DNA of 64,000 nt from an uncultured delta proteobacterium. GTDB taxonomy: Bacteria; Desulfobacterota; Binatia; UBA9968. The DNA is taken from NCBI GenBank assembly GCA_963745035.1, contig CAVUVW010000013.1, positions 1,088,001-1,152,000 on the forward strand, read 5' to 3'. Both the position numbers and the translations under genes were made by a program. This document shows, one piece after another, positions 1 through 9,568 of this stretch. The notes beneath the pieces are model-generated. The model searched no databases and was not told the DNA's origin. It saw only the letters and a list, made by a program, of their open reading frames with translations. The stretch's first letter is position 1; each line of letters opens with the position of its first letter.

Positions 1-397
1 CTTTGGGCCAACGCGCCACCTGTTGTGCGACAGTGCGGTTGATGTTGCGCTGGGCGAATACGTCGCAGAGGTAAACCGCCGTCTGCGCCTGATACTTTAG
101 ATCGTTCAGCGGCGGAATGTATTGCCGGAGCCTCTCGCGTCCCATGTCGTTGAGCGCGGTGGCGGTATAGCTAACGCCCGGCTTGGGATGAAAGCCGCGC
201 ACCAACTCGTCGATGTCCGCCATCTGCGGCACCCAGCGCGGGCTCACGAACGAGCCGACGGCGATTTCTTTGAGACCCGTTTCGGACAATGCGTCGAGCA
301 AACGGATCTTGTCGGCGACTGGAATTCCCGCGCGTTCGATCTGCAGCCCGTCGCGCATTCCTTCTTCGGTGAGGATGACTCTTGGATAATTACTCAT
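1..397 (-). CDS. HMG-CoA lyase-like DRE-TIM metallolyase, N-terminal part (runs off the window edge)
   Basis: Minus strand reads MSNYPRVILTEEGMRDGLQIE...LLDALSETGLKEIAVGSFVSPRWVPQMAD (RDGLQ and SFVSP.WVPQMAD motifs); GGAGGA RBS upstream; not in the ORF track. Confidence 0.8.
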   Translation of the reverse strand, partial: MSNYPRVILTEEGMRDGLQIERAGIPVADKIRLLDALSETGLKEIAVGSFVSPRWVPQMADIDELVRGFHPKPGVSYTATALNDMGRERLRQYIPPLNDLKYQAQTAVYLCDVFAQRNINRTVAQQVARWPK

Positions 398-440
398 CGA
401 TTCCTCCTGCATGAATTCCAAGCGTTGCGGTCGTCGAGGT

Positions 441-558
441 TGTCATTTCGAGGCGCAGCCGAGAAATCTTTCCGGGTCGTACGACAAGAGCGCTGAGATA
501 TAAGAAAGACTCTCTCACGGAGTTTATCCTGAACATAGCCGAAGGGTTCGAGATGACA
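441..558. repeat. Intergenic palindromic REP-like element, TGTCAT...ATGACA family
   Basis: TGTCATTTCGAGG...GAGAAATCTTT at the left end, AAAGACTCTCTC...TTCGAGATGACA at the right end; related copies at 16123, 28067, 60330 and 60571. Confidence 0.7.
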
Positions 559-610
559 ACTCGAATACTCAGGCTTAGGAAAAACCGCAAGCAGTCTTTC
601 GAAGACTCGT

Positions 611-1399
611 TCAATCGCCCTTAAAAGCCGCATCGCGCTTCTCGGCGAAAGCTTTGGCGCCCTCGCGCGCATCCTGGCTTTCATAAGGACTTGGGCCCGG
701 CGCCATCTTAAGCGCCAAGAAGAGCGGCGCGCCGATGGACTTCACCGACAGCTCTTTGATCCGACGCAGCGACACGGGCGCGTTCTCGGCGATTTTCTCC
801 GCCAACGCAATCGCCGTCGGCAAAAGCTCCGGCAGCGGCACAACACGATTCACTAGTCCGAAGCGGAGAGCATCCTGCGCCGAAATCTGATCGCCGGTGA
901 AAAGCATTTCCATGGCGATGCCCCGCGGAATCAAGTATTGCAGCATCACCGTCGCGAAGTTGGCGCCACGCCCGCGCTTCGCTTCCGGCAAACCGAACCG
1001 GGCATTTTCCGAGGCGATGCGAATGTCACACGCCAGGGTCAGCTCACAGCCGCCGGCGAGCGCATAGCCGTTCACCGCCGCGATCAGAGGCTTGTAAGTT
1101 TCGATCGCGATGATGCTCGAATGCGGCGGCTCGTCGAGCGCGCCGTAGTCCGGGCCGACGCGGTATGGTTTTTTCTGAAAAATCTCGTTGTGCTCCTTCA
1201 GATCCGCGCCCGCCGAAAAAGCTTTGTCCCCCGCGCCGGTGATGATTGCGACGCGAATCGATGGCTCATGGCGGATTTTGAGGAAGGCGTCGATCAAACC
1301 GTTACGCACTTCGTGACCAAGCGCATTCATGCGGTCCGGTCGGTTAATGGTCACGATCGCAACACGATTTCGCTGCTCGAACAGGACGTAATCGGACAT
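611..1399 (-). CDS. Enoyl-CoA hydratase/isomerase family protein
   Basis: INRPDRMNAL, AFSAGADLKE, AVNGYALAGGCEL and FGLPE crotonase motifs; start placed at MSDYVLFEQ. Confidence 0.92.
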   Translation of the reverse strand: MSDYVLFEQRNRVAIVTINRPDRMNALGHEVRNGLIDAFLKIRHEPSIRVAIITGAGDKAFSAGADLKEHNEIFQKKPYRVGPDYGALDEPPHSSIIAIETYKPLIAAVNGYALAGGCELTLACDIRIASENARFGLPEAKRGRGANFATVMLQYLIPRGIAMEMLFTGDQISAQDALRFGLVNRVVPLPELLPTAIALAEKIAENAPVSLRRIKELSVKSIGAPLFLALKMAPGPSPYESQDAREGAKAFAEKRDAAFKGD

Positions 1400-1674
1400 A
1401 TTTTTCCCTTTGTAAAGATCCTGCGTTGAGCGAGAAGTATCATCGCCTGTGAGCAACTTCAAACCGCACGACGCTCACGCGGCCGTCAGCGAACTTCTCA
1501 TCAAGCCCGGTTTTTGATGCGAATAAATCCGGGCAACGCGATCGAGCGGTATCGTAAAAAATGGATCGGCGTAGAGGAAAGATCCCGCTGCGGCAGTTGG
1601 AGCAATCGAAACTCGGCAGGCTTCTATCTGTCTGAGGAGTGGGTATCTCAGGCCTGACTCGTCGGAGCGGTCTA

Positions 1675-1765
1675 AATCCTCCCGGCACGCTAGTCGATGG
1701 CCCATCTTCGAATCGCGGTACGCTCCCACGAACAGACCACGGGAGGTGAAGCCATGCAGGCTGGC
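1675..1765 (-). pseudogene. Degenerate duplicate of the 3' end of the 2255-2641 gene
   Basis: Reads GFTSRGLFVGAYRDSKM.. versus GLASRGIAVRAYRDSKIAIDWLAG; DNA AGTCGATGGCCCATCTTCGAATCGCG versus AGTCGATGGCTATCTTCGAATCGCG. Confidence 0.7.
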
Positions 1766-2254
1766 GTTTTTATTCATTCATGAAGCCTGCCCGTCAAGCC
1801 AATAGCGCTGTGGTCTAGCGCCTTTCCCTGCGCCGAGACTTACCTTCGCAGCGACGGCAGAGAGAGCCGGTGATTGGGAGATGTTCTGAGGATTCATATT
1901 CGTCGGTCGGCCAAAATCTGCGACTCTTGTAGCAAAGCCTAGACTCGACGGGTTTTCTTTTTTGCGCTATTCGATTTCCATTTCAACCCTGTAACCCGAG
2001 ACGATATACCCGCGTCATGGATTTTTGCTATACAAGCATATTCCACAGGACGAAACTGACAAAAACGACGCTGACGAAAATTGCAATTAAGCCGATCCAT
2101 TCTCGACGGTCCATCTCGTTACTCTCTCCCTGCGTATCTTTGCTCGATTAAAAACACCCTGGGCACGATCCAAAACGACCCAGCTACGCTCTGATACTTA
2201 CTAAGTTCGGCAAGCCCCCCTTCGCGCGATTTGTAGTTGGAGCGATCGGACGGG

Positions 2255-2641
2255 TCAAATTTTCCCGGCAAGCCAGTCGATGGCTATCTTCGAATCGCGA
2301 TACGCTCTGACAGCAATACCGCGAGAGGCGAGGCCGGCACGCAGGAGATAGATTTGATAAGGATCGTTGCGCTCGGCTCCCGAGACCAGCGCAAGTTTGT
2401 TACCTTCGGGCCAGGAGTCAAAGGGAAGCTGTTCCAGCAAACCTTCGACCTCGGATAGTTCCAGGACGCACGTGGCGTCAGAAAGATCCACCAGCACCTT
2501 GCATTCATTAAGCGGTCGCGTGGTTGCGGTAATCTCGTTGAAGAGCCGTTTGAATTCCGCACTATTCAAGACCCCGCGGACGATGACGATCAAATGATTG
2601 CCGGCATCTGACCAGGTGAACAGCTTGACGTGGGAATCCAT
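2255..2641 (-). CDS. Small SpoIIAA/STAS-like domain protein
   Basis: 128 aa with LIVIVRG..CKVLVDLS..KLALV and a C-terminal AIDWL, typical of STAS/SEC14-like proteins; divergent from the AraC regulator. Confidence 0.6.
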   Translation of the reverse strand: MDSHVKLFTWSDAGNHLIVIVRGVLNSAEFKRLFNEITATTRPLNECKVLVDLSDATCVLELSEVEGLLEQLPFDSWPEGNKLALVSGAERNDPYQIYLLRAGLASRGIAVRAYRDSKIAIDWLAGKI

Positions 2642-2747
2642 GGAGAGTAGTGAATAAGGCTTTCCACGGATATTTTCTTGACAATCCGCGCCATCCCATT
2701 GACATCTGAACCGGATTCGACGCATTAATTCGCTGAGGATAGGACTC

Positions 2748-3770
2748 ATGCGCGCGCCGCCGATGATTGCAGTGTCAGCGACGAACGGCTTACTGGACGC
2801 GATCGCGTCCGCCGGTGCGGAACCAGCCCGACTTCTCACGCGCCTTAATTTGAACGGCAGAGTGTTCTCTCAGGAGGAGCGCTATCTTCCGTGCACGGAT
2901 TTTGCCCGTTTATTGGAAGAAGCTGCGGTGGAAACCGGTGACGCCGCCTTCGGACTACATTTCGGCGCACGCAGAGATCCGCGCGATATCGGTCCGCTCA
3001 TCTATGCGGCTTTGAATGCTCCGACGATTGCGACCGCGTTCGACGTTGCCGTACGGTATCTGCACGTGCACAATGAAGCCGTAGAGGTTTCAATCAGCAG
3101 CACCTCACCATCTCTCGTATCTCTGTGTTATTTGCACGCGAATATCAGATTGAACCGTCCGCGCCAGTTCAATGAGTACAGCATGTCCGTAGCCATCAAT
3201 ATGCTCCGCATGATGGCAGGAAGCCGCTGGTCGCCGCGGGAGGTGCAGTTCTCGCACGCGCGGCCCGACGATGTATCCGAGCATCTCGCGATGTTTAGGG
3301 CACCGCTTCTGTTTGACTGCCCGACCAATGCGATCGTTGTGGAGCGTGAGTTCTACGAATCCAGCGTTCCGGCTGCAGATCCGCGGCTCTACCAAATCAT
3401 GCGCCAGTACATAGACGATGTGCTCAGCAAAATGCCCCGGCTAGACGATCGACTGTCCGCCATCCGCAAAGCGATCGCCGAAGCCATGCGCGAGAGGAGT
3501 CCGAGCCTGCAGGCGGTGGCGCGAACACTGGCGACGAGTCCCCGCACGTTGCAACGGGAGCTGAAACCGTATCATCTCAGCTTCAAAAATCTTTTAGACG
3601 ATACTCGACGGCAGTTCGCACTCGAGTACCTGAAAGACCCGAGTAACACGCTCACCCAGGTCGCTTTCCTCCTGGGCTATTCTGAAGTGAGCGCGTTCAA
3701 TCGAGCTTTCCGAAAGTGGACTGGCAACACTCCGCTACAGTACCGGCGTAGCTTCGATGAACGCGCTTAA
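2748..3770 (+). CDS. AraC family transcriptional regulator
   Basis: C-terminal SPRTLQREL...VAFLLGYSEVSAFNRAFRKWTG.TP HTH; N-terminal TGDAAFGLHFG ligand-binding domain. Confidence 0.95.
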   Translation: MRAPPMIAVSATNGLLDAIASAGAEPARLLTRLNLNGRVFSQEERYLPCTDFARLLEEAAVETGDAAFGLHFGARRDPRDIGPLIYAALNAPTIATAFDVAVRYLHVHNEAVEVSISSTSPSLVSLCYLHANIRLNRPRQFNEYSMSVAINMLRMMAGSRWSPREVQFSHARPDDVSEHLAMFRAPLLFDCPTNAIVVEREFYESSVPAADPRLYQIMRQYIDDVLSKMPRLDDRLSAIRKAIAEAMRERSPSLQAVARTLATSPRTLQRELKPYHLSFKNLLDDTRRQFALEYLKDPSNTLTQVAFLLGYSEVSAFNRAFRKWTGNTPLQYRRSFDERA

Positions 3771-4019
3771 AGCTCCACTCGCTGGCACCACTTGGGTGAC
3801 AGGGAAATCGATCCTTGTTGTCCGCGCGCTGCAGTGAGGCCGCGTTCAGCGGCGTTTCCATGGACCGCTCGGCACAGCAAAATCTCCTGTTCCTTAAACA
3901 AACGCAGCTAAAGTCGCCCGCATACTCGGAGATTCTGTGGATGACGATTATTCGTTACAATGCTGGGATTCAACGCGCCAAGGGATTAATGGAGGTGGCC
4001 GCCGCCTGCATCGCGTCAC

Positions 4020-5006
4020 CTACCGTTTATCGATCTCTTTCAGCGCCTCGCGCAGATAACTCTGATCAACGTATTTGCCGACTTCAGGCAGAGGCCCCTT
4101 CGCGCCGGTTTGTTCCGCGTAGATCCGAATGTTCGTCTTCAATCCCTCGATGGTGACGTCGCCGTCGGGCGGCCAAAAGCGATTCTGTGTGTAAAACTCC
4201 CAGCCCTTCTGCGCGTGGGCCGGCTTGAGCTTCATCTCCTTCGATAAAAAATCGACGGCAGCGTCTCTGTTTTCGAACATCCAGCGAAACGTCAGGGCCA
4301 TCGCTTTCATGAAGCGCACCATCAGCGGCCGATTCTTTTCCGCCCACGAGCGTCGCGTCACGAAGGCGTTGGTTTGAAAATGCGGGATGCCTTCACTCAG
4401 CCGGCCGATGACGTTGAGCCCGGACTCTTCGGCTGCATAGTTGAGCGGCACGGCCACCGTGGTGGCGGCGATCTGGCCGGATTGCAGCGCCGCGAGATTC
4501 GCCGAAGAACCGCCGGCGATGATCAGAAGCTTGTAGTCGCGCGGGTATTCCAGGCCCTTGAGCTTGAGCGCCTCGCGCAGCGCCGTGATTGTGCCGCCGG
4601 TCAGCGACGCGGTGCCGAACGTCGCACCGCGCAGATCCTCGTAGGTTTTGTAATTTTTTGCGGCGATGAGAAATTGCGCGATACCGTTGATGATGCCGCC
4701 GGTGACGACGAAGTCGAGGCCGCGTTCCGAAGCTTCGATATACGGCTCCGGCCCGCCTGAGCCGAAGTGAAGCGAGTTCGCCGCCAGCGCCTGCACGGTC
4801 ATCGGCACGCCGCGCAGGAGCACGAGCTGAACATCGAGCCCCTGCTGGTCAAAAAAGCCTTTCTTCGTAGCAACCCAAAGCGGGCTGTAGCCTAGAGTCT
4901 TACTCGACGCGCCAAGGTAAATCTTGGCTCTATCCTGCGCCACCGCCGGAAGCAAAAATAGGAGAACAAAAGAAAGAACAACCGCAATTTGCGAAAGGAC
5001 GATCAT
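4020..5006 (-). CDS. ABC transporter substrate-binding protein (NMT1/THI5/SsuA-like)
   Basis: Signal peptide; PLWVATKKGFFDQQGLDVQLV and YVDQSYLREA; close paralogue of 13849-14832. Confidence 0.9.
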   Translation of the reverse strand: MIVLSQIAVVLSFVLLFLLPAVAQDRAKIYLGASSKTLGYSPLWVATKKGFFDQQGLDVQLVLLRGVPMTVQALAANSLHFGSGGPEPYIEASERGLDFVVTGGIINGIAQFLIAAKNYKTYEDLRGATFGTASLTGGTITALREALKLKGLEYPRDYKLLIIAGGSSANLAALQSGQIAATTVAVPLNYAAEESGLNVIGRLSEGIPHFQTNAFVTRRSWAEKNRPLMVRFMKAMALTFRWMFENRDAAVDFLSKEMKLKPAHAQKGWEFYTQNRFWPPDGDVTIEGLKTNIRIYAEQTGAKGPLPEVGKYVDQSYLREALKEIDKR

Positions 5007-5259
5007 GACACCCTCCTGTTTCAGCGCTCTTCGTGTCGGCGCTCTGTCAGGCATGCGGCACAGCCTTATAACGATAAAGCCATCGGGTTCAAGGATTGTC
5101 TACGCCGGCGGACGAAGAGAGCCGCGGCGGCGCGCAGGCGCTCACGGCATCGACAAAAGCAGCGAAGATTCTACGCGCATGTCAGTAAGATTTACCGCCC
5201 GAGTTTTCACGTTATTCGACAATATGCACACAATCAGCGGCTTAGCGTTCCCCGGCGGA

Positions 5260-5275
5260 TGGCATGTTGGTTGCT
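5260..5275 (+). promoter_or_regulatory. Putative sigma54 (-24/-12) promoter
   Basis: TGGCATGTTGGTTGCT = GG-N10-GC, ~40 bp upstream of ATG 5315. Confidence 0.6.
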
Positions 5276-5314
5276 CCAGGTGAGTGCGCAAGAAATGGGA
5301 GATTCGGAGGTTCG

Positions 5315-5653
5315 ATGAAAATTGCAGGCACGATTCAAATCACCGTTCTGGCATTGACCGTCGCATCTTCAGTCGGATGCGCCGGCGGGCCGATGACGAC
5401 GCGGGAAAAAGGCGCGGGTGTCGGCGCGCTCGGCGGCGCCGCCGCAGGCGGATTGATCGGCACGGCGTTCGGCCGTCCGGGAACCGGCGCGGCGATAGGC
5501 GCGGGCGTCGGTTTGGGAGCAGGCGCGCTGGTCGGCGATTACATGCAAGGTCAGGAGTATTCGCAGCACAACCAGCAGCAGATCCAGCAGAATCAACAGA
5601 CCATCGAACAGAACCATCAAACGATTCAACGTCGCTCGTCCACCGAATACTGA
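5315..5653 (+). CDS. Glycine-zipper lipoprotein
   Basis: GGAGG RBS; lipobox-like SVGC; GAGVGALGGAAAGGLIG..GAAIGAGVG zipper; Gln-rich tail. Confidence 0.85.
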   Translation: MKIAGTIQITVLALTVASSVGCAGGPMTTREKGAGVGALGGAAAGGLIGTAFGRPGTGAAIGAGVGLGAGALVGDYMQGQEYSQHNQQQIQQNQQTIEQNHQTIQRRSSTEY

Positions 5654-5676
5654 GGATCGGGAATCGGAGGAAAAAA

Positions 5677-6270
5677 ATGATGCAGTTATCGACTACTTTT
5701 ATTCTAGCCGGCGTGCTTGCCAGCGCGTTGACCGTGGCGGGTCCGATTGGAAAGGCCGCGGCCGATGATGACGATGACGGTCGGAAACGCCGGAGCAAAC
5801 ATCACTTTTGCTACGACAAGCATGGTCACCGACGCTCGCACCCTCACTGTCCGCCCCGGCATCCCCACTACTCGCGCTACCATCGCCCGGGGGAGCACTA
5901 TCACGGACGCCCGCACGGATATCGCTATTCCAGAGACCGCCATCCTCGTCGTCCGCAAGTAACTTATGTCCGAAAAGGCAGTCCTTACGACTATCGCGGC
6001 CGCTACAGCGAACCGACCGCTCGCAATGACGTTCGCCACGCGCGCAAGGAAGTGCAGCAAAGCCGTGAGCAATTACGTAAAGACTACTCGGAACTGCAAA
6101 AGGATCGCGCCGAGCTACGCCGTGATATCCGCAACGGCGCCAGCAGGGAAGAAATCCGCAAAGACCGGCAGGAAATTCGCACCGATTTACAAAAAATCAA
6201 AACTACTCGCAGGGATCTGCGAAACGATCGAGCCAATCTAGACGATGCGCGCCGCGAACAGCGAAGGTAG
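5677..6270 (+). CDS. Secreted His/Arg-rich protein with C-terminal charged coiled-coil repeats
   Basis: GGAGG RBS; signal peptide MMQLSTTFILAGVLASALTVAG; H/R/Y-rich middle; DR.E(L/I)R.D repeats. Confidence 0.7.
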   Translation: MMQLSTTFILAGVLASALTVAGPIGKAAADDDDDGRKRRSKHHFCYDKHGHRRSHPHCPPRHPHYSRYHRPGEHYHGRPHGYRYSRDRHPRRPQVTYVRKGSPYDYRGRYSEPTARNDVRHARKEVQQSREQLRKDYSELQKDRAELRRDIRNGASREEIRKDRQEIRTDLQKIKTTRRDLRNDRANLDDARREQRR

Positions 6271-6384
6271 TGACAACAAAGTAACCGGCGACGCGCGCGC
6301 GGAGAGATCGCCGCATAAACGCCGGCCGCGAGTGAGCCCGCGGCTTCGCGCTCGACCCCTCACTTCAAAATAACTCCCAGCATC

Positions 6385-6426
6385 GCGCGTGCCGCTTCCT
6401 AAGGCGGCACGCGCTCGTCTGTTTTT
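6385..6426 (+). terminator. Putative intrinsic terminator hairpin
   Basis: Perfect 11-bp stem GCGCGTGCCGC/GCGGCACGCGC with a T-run shortly downstream. Confidence 0.4.
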
Positions 6427-6602
6427 GGCTGCGAATTCCATTCAAAGCGAACTCGAGCCAAGGACAAAAACGCAGACCGCCTTATTCATCGCCTCCGCCC
6501 AGTCGATTGCCGCAGGGCGGCAATTTATAGTAGAAACTTAGCGACGAGCGAGCGCATGTACTCCCTCGGGCAAGCGATGCTTTCAGCCATTCGGAGGCGA
6601 AG

Positions 6603-8159
6603 ATGACCGCGCCAGCCGCCACGCAGAATCGCTACAATGCGGCAGAGGACTTGCTCGAACGCAACCTCGCCGCGCGTCCGGGTAAGACCGCTTACATCGA
6701 CGAGCGCGGCACCTACACCTACGCCGATCTCGCCGAGCGCGTAAACCGGTGCGCCAACGCGCTGAGCAATCTCGGGCTCGGCATGGAGGCGCGCGCGCTG
6801 GTGTGCTTGCTCGACACCATCGACTTCCCGGCCGCTTTCCTTGGCGCAATCAAGGCCGGTATCGTGCCGGTCGCCGTCAACACGCTGCTCACGACGAGCG
6901 ATTTCGATTTCATGCTGCGCGACAGCCGGGCGCAGGCTTTGATCGTATCCGACGCGCTCTTGTCCGTGTTCGAGCCGATCCTTGCAGATCAGCCGTTCTT
7001 GAAACACGTGGTTGTATCGGGAACAAAGACCTCCGGCCGGCAAAGTTTGGCGGAGTTGATGATGAAGGCGAGCGGCGATTTTACGACCGCGCCCACGAGC
7101 CCCGACGACGCCTGCTTCTGGCTTTACTCATCGGGCTCCACCGGAACGCCGAAGGGCGTGGTTCACGTGCAGACCAGCATGGCGCGCACGGCCGAGCTTT
7201 ACGCCCGACCGGTTCTTGGCATCCAGGAAGGCGACGTGGTTTTCTCCGCCGCGAAATTGTTCTTCGCATACGGCCTCGGCAACGCGCTCAGTTTTCCGCT
7301 TTCCGTCGGCGCGACCACGGTCCTGCTCGGTGACCGGCCCACTCCCACGGCGGTCTGCCGCATTCTACGCGAGCACCATCCAACAATATTCTACGGCGTG
7401 CCGACGCTCTACAGCGCGCTTCTCGCCGGCGCCGAGCTGCCGAAGCGTGAAGAGCTCCGTCTGCGCCGCTGCACATCGGCCGGCGAAGCGCTGCCGCCTG
7501 AAGTAGGGCGGCGCTGGCGCGAGCACACCGGTGTCGACATACTCGACGGCTTGGGTTCGACCGAGATGCTGCATATCTTTTTGTCCAACCGCCCCGGCGA
7601 CGTGCGCTACGGCACGACCGGCAAACCGGTGCCCGGCTACGACATTCGCCTGGTCGACGAAGACGGTAAGCCGGTCGCAAAAGGCGAGATCGGCGAGCTG
7701 CAGGTCGCCGGGCCGACCGGCGCCGCCTATTATTGGAATAACCGGGAAAAAAGCCGCGCCACTTTTTTGGGGCCGTGGACCCGCAGCGGCGACAAGTACA
7801 CCGAAGATGAAGAAGGTTACTTCACGTATGCGGGCCGCAACGACGATATGCTCAAAGTGAGCGGCATTTGGGTCTCGCCCTTCGAAGTGGAATCCGCCAT
7901 CGCTTCCCATCCCGCGGTGCTGGAAGCTGCCGTGGTCGGCAAAGCCGATGAAAATGGCCTGATCAAGCCGAAAGCTTACGTCGTGCTTCGCGCCGACGCT
8001 GCGCAAACACCCGAGCTTGCCGCCCAGCTCCAGCAACACGTGAAATCGCGGCTGGCGCCCTACAAATATCCGCGCTGGATCGAGTTCATCGCCGAGCTGC
8101 CCAAGACGGCCACGGGAAAGATCCAGCGCTTCAAGCTGCGCGCAGAGAGGACAGAATAA
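6603..8159 (+). CDS. Benzoate-CoA ligase family protein
   Basis: FWLYSSGSTGTPKG, SAAKLFFAYGLGN, DGLGSTEMLHIFLSN and LPKTATGKIQRFKLR. Confidence 0.93.
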   Translation: MTAPAATQNRYNAAEDLLERNLAARPGKTAYIDERGTYTYADLAERVNRCANALSNLGLGMEARALVCLLDTIDFPAAFLGAIKAGIVPVAVNTLLTTSDFDFMLRDSRAQALIVSDALLSVFEPILADQPFLKHVVVSGTKTSGRQSLAELMMKASGDFTTAPTSPDDACFWLYSSGSTGTPKGVVHVQTSMARTAELYARPVLGIQEGDVVFSAAKLFFAYGLGNALSFPLSVGATTVLLGDRPTPTAVCRILREHHPTIFYGVPTLYSALLAGAELPKREELRLRRCTSAGEALPPEVGRRWREHTGVDILDGLGSTEMLHIFLSNRPGDVRYGTTGKPVPGYDIRLVDEDGKPVAKGEIGELQVAGPTGAAYYWNNREKSRATFLGPWTRSGDKYTEDEEGYFTYAGRNDDMLKVSGIWVSPFEVESAIASHPAVLEAAVVGKADENGLIKPKAYVVLRADAAQTPELAAQLQQHVKSRLAPYKYPRWIEFIAELPKTATGKIQRFKLRAERTE

Positions 8160-8240
8160 CTGGAGTGATGGAGTACTGGAGTGGTGGAGTGTTGACTCTC
8201 GGATTCCCGACTCCATACTCCAATACTCCAATCACTCCAT
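8160..8240. repeat. Hairpin built from tandem ~8-bp TGGAGTnn units
   Basis: TGGAGTGA TGGAGTAC TGGAGTGG TGGAGT ... ACTCCAT ACTCCAAT ACTCCAATC ACTCCA. Confidence 0.85.
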
Positions 8241-8258
8241 GCATCCAGATGACGGAGG

Positions 8259-9455
8259 ATGACAGTGAAGCTTATAGCAACGATCAACCCGAAGACATTT
8301 TCTGACCTCCGCCGGCCTGTTCGGCGCCGGCGCGCTGTTGCCGAATGTTTGCCCTCGCCCAGGCGCGCAAGCTCCGCGTCGGTTTGATGCTGCCTTACAC
8401 CGGGACCTACGCGCAGCTCGGCGCGGCCATTACCAACGGTTTCAAGCTCGCGGTAAACGAGCGCGGTGGCAAGCTCGGCGGGCGCGAGCTCGAATACTTC
8501 ACCGTGGACGACGAGGCTGAGCCGGCCAAGGCGCCGGAGAATACCAACAAGCTCGTGCAGCGCGACAAAGTCGACGTGCTCGTCGGCACGGTGCACAGCG
8601 GCGTGCAGATGGGCATGGTCAAGATCGCCAAGGAAACCAACACGCTTTTGATTATTCCCAACGCCGGCCTCGACGCCGCCACCGGCGCGCTGTGCGCGCC
8701 GAATATTTTCCGCACGTCGTTTTCCAACTGGCAGCCGTCTTTCCCGATGGGCAAGGTGCTCGCCGACCGCGGCATCAGAAACGTCGTGTCGCTCGCCTGG
8801 AAATACGGCGCCGGCGAAGAGGCGGTGGCCGGCTTCACCGAAGGCTTCATCAAGGCCGGCGGCAAATCGGTGCGCGGCTTGTGGATTCCTTTTCCCAACG
8901 TCGAATTTCAAGCGCTCCTCACCGAGATCGCTTCGCTCAAGCCCGATGCCGTGTTCGTCTTTTTCGCCGGCGGCGGCGCGGCGAAGTTCATCAAAGACTA
9001 CGCCGCAGCGGGGTTGCGCAAAACCATTCCGCTGTTCGGCTCCGGTTTCCTCACCGACGGCGTGCTCGACGCCGTCGACAATGCCGCCGAAGGGCTGGAG
9101 ACCACCCTGCATTACGCCGACGGGCTCAACACCAAACGCGACAAAGCGTTCCGCGCCGCCTACGTCAAGACGCACAAAATCGAGCCCGACGTTTACGCGG
9201 TGCAGGGCTACGACGCCGGGCTGCTCCTCGCTGCCGGCCTGGACGCGGTGAAGGGCGACATCACGAAGCGAAAGGAAATGATCGCGGCGATGGAAACCGC
9301 CAAGAATCGACAGCCCGCGCGGCGCCTGGACAATGTCCAAAGCGCACAATCCGATCCAGGATTTCTATCTGCGCAAAGTAGTCGGCCGGGAAAACCGCTT
9401 CGTCAGCATCGCCCACAAGGCACTCGCCGACCCCGCGCGGGGATGCAAAATGTAG
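8259..9455 (+). CDS. Branched-chain/aromatic-acid ABC substrate-binding protein with Tat signal (frameshifted in this assembly)
   Basis: VGLMLPYTGTYAQLG and GTVHSGV; removing single bases restores INRRHFLTSAGLFGAGALL (Tat) and the C-terminus IDSPRGAWTMSKAHNPIQDFYLR..DPARGCKM*. Confidence 0.88.
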
Positions 9456-9472
9456 CGGCGGCTGAACCGCCG

Positions 9473-9568
9473 CGTTCAAAACGTTCCAATAGTTCAAGTC
9501 GTTCAAATCGTCTAGAGCTTCGAACTCTGACGGCTTGAACGTTTTGAACGACTTGAACGGCTTAAACG
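9473..9568. repeat. Hairpin built from tandem ~9-bp CGTTCAA units
   Basis: CGTTCAAAA CGTTCCAAT AGTTCAAGT CGTTCAAAT ... TTGAACGTT TTGAACGAC TTGAACGGC TTAAACG. Confidence 0.85.
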
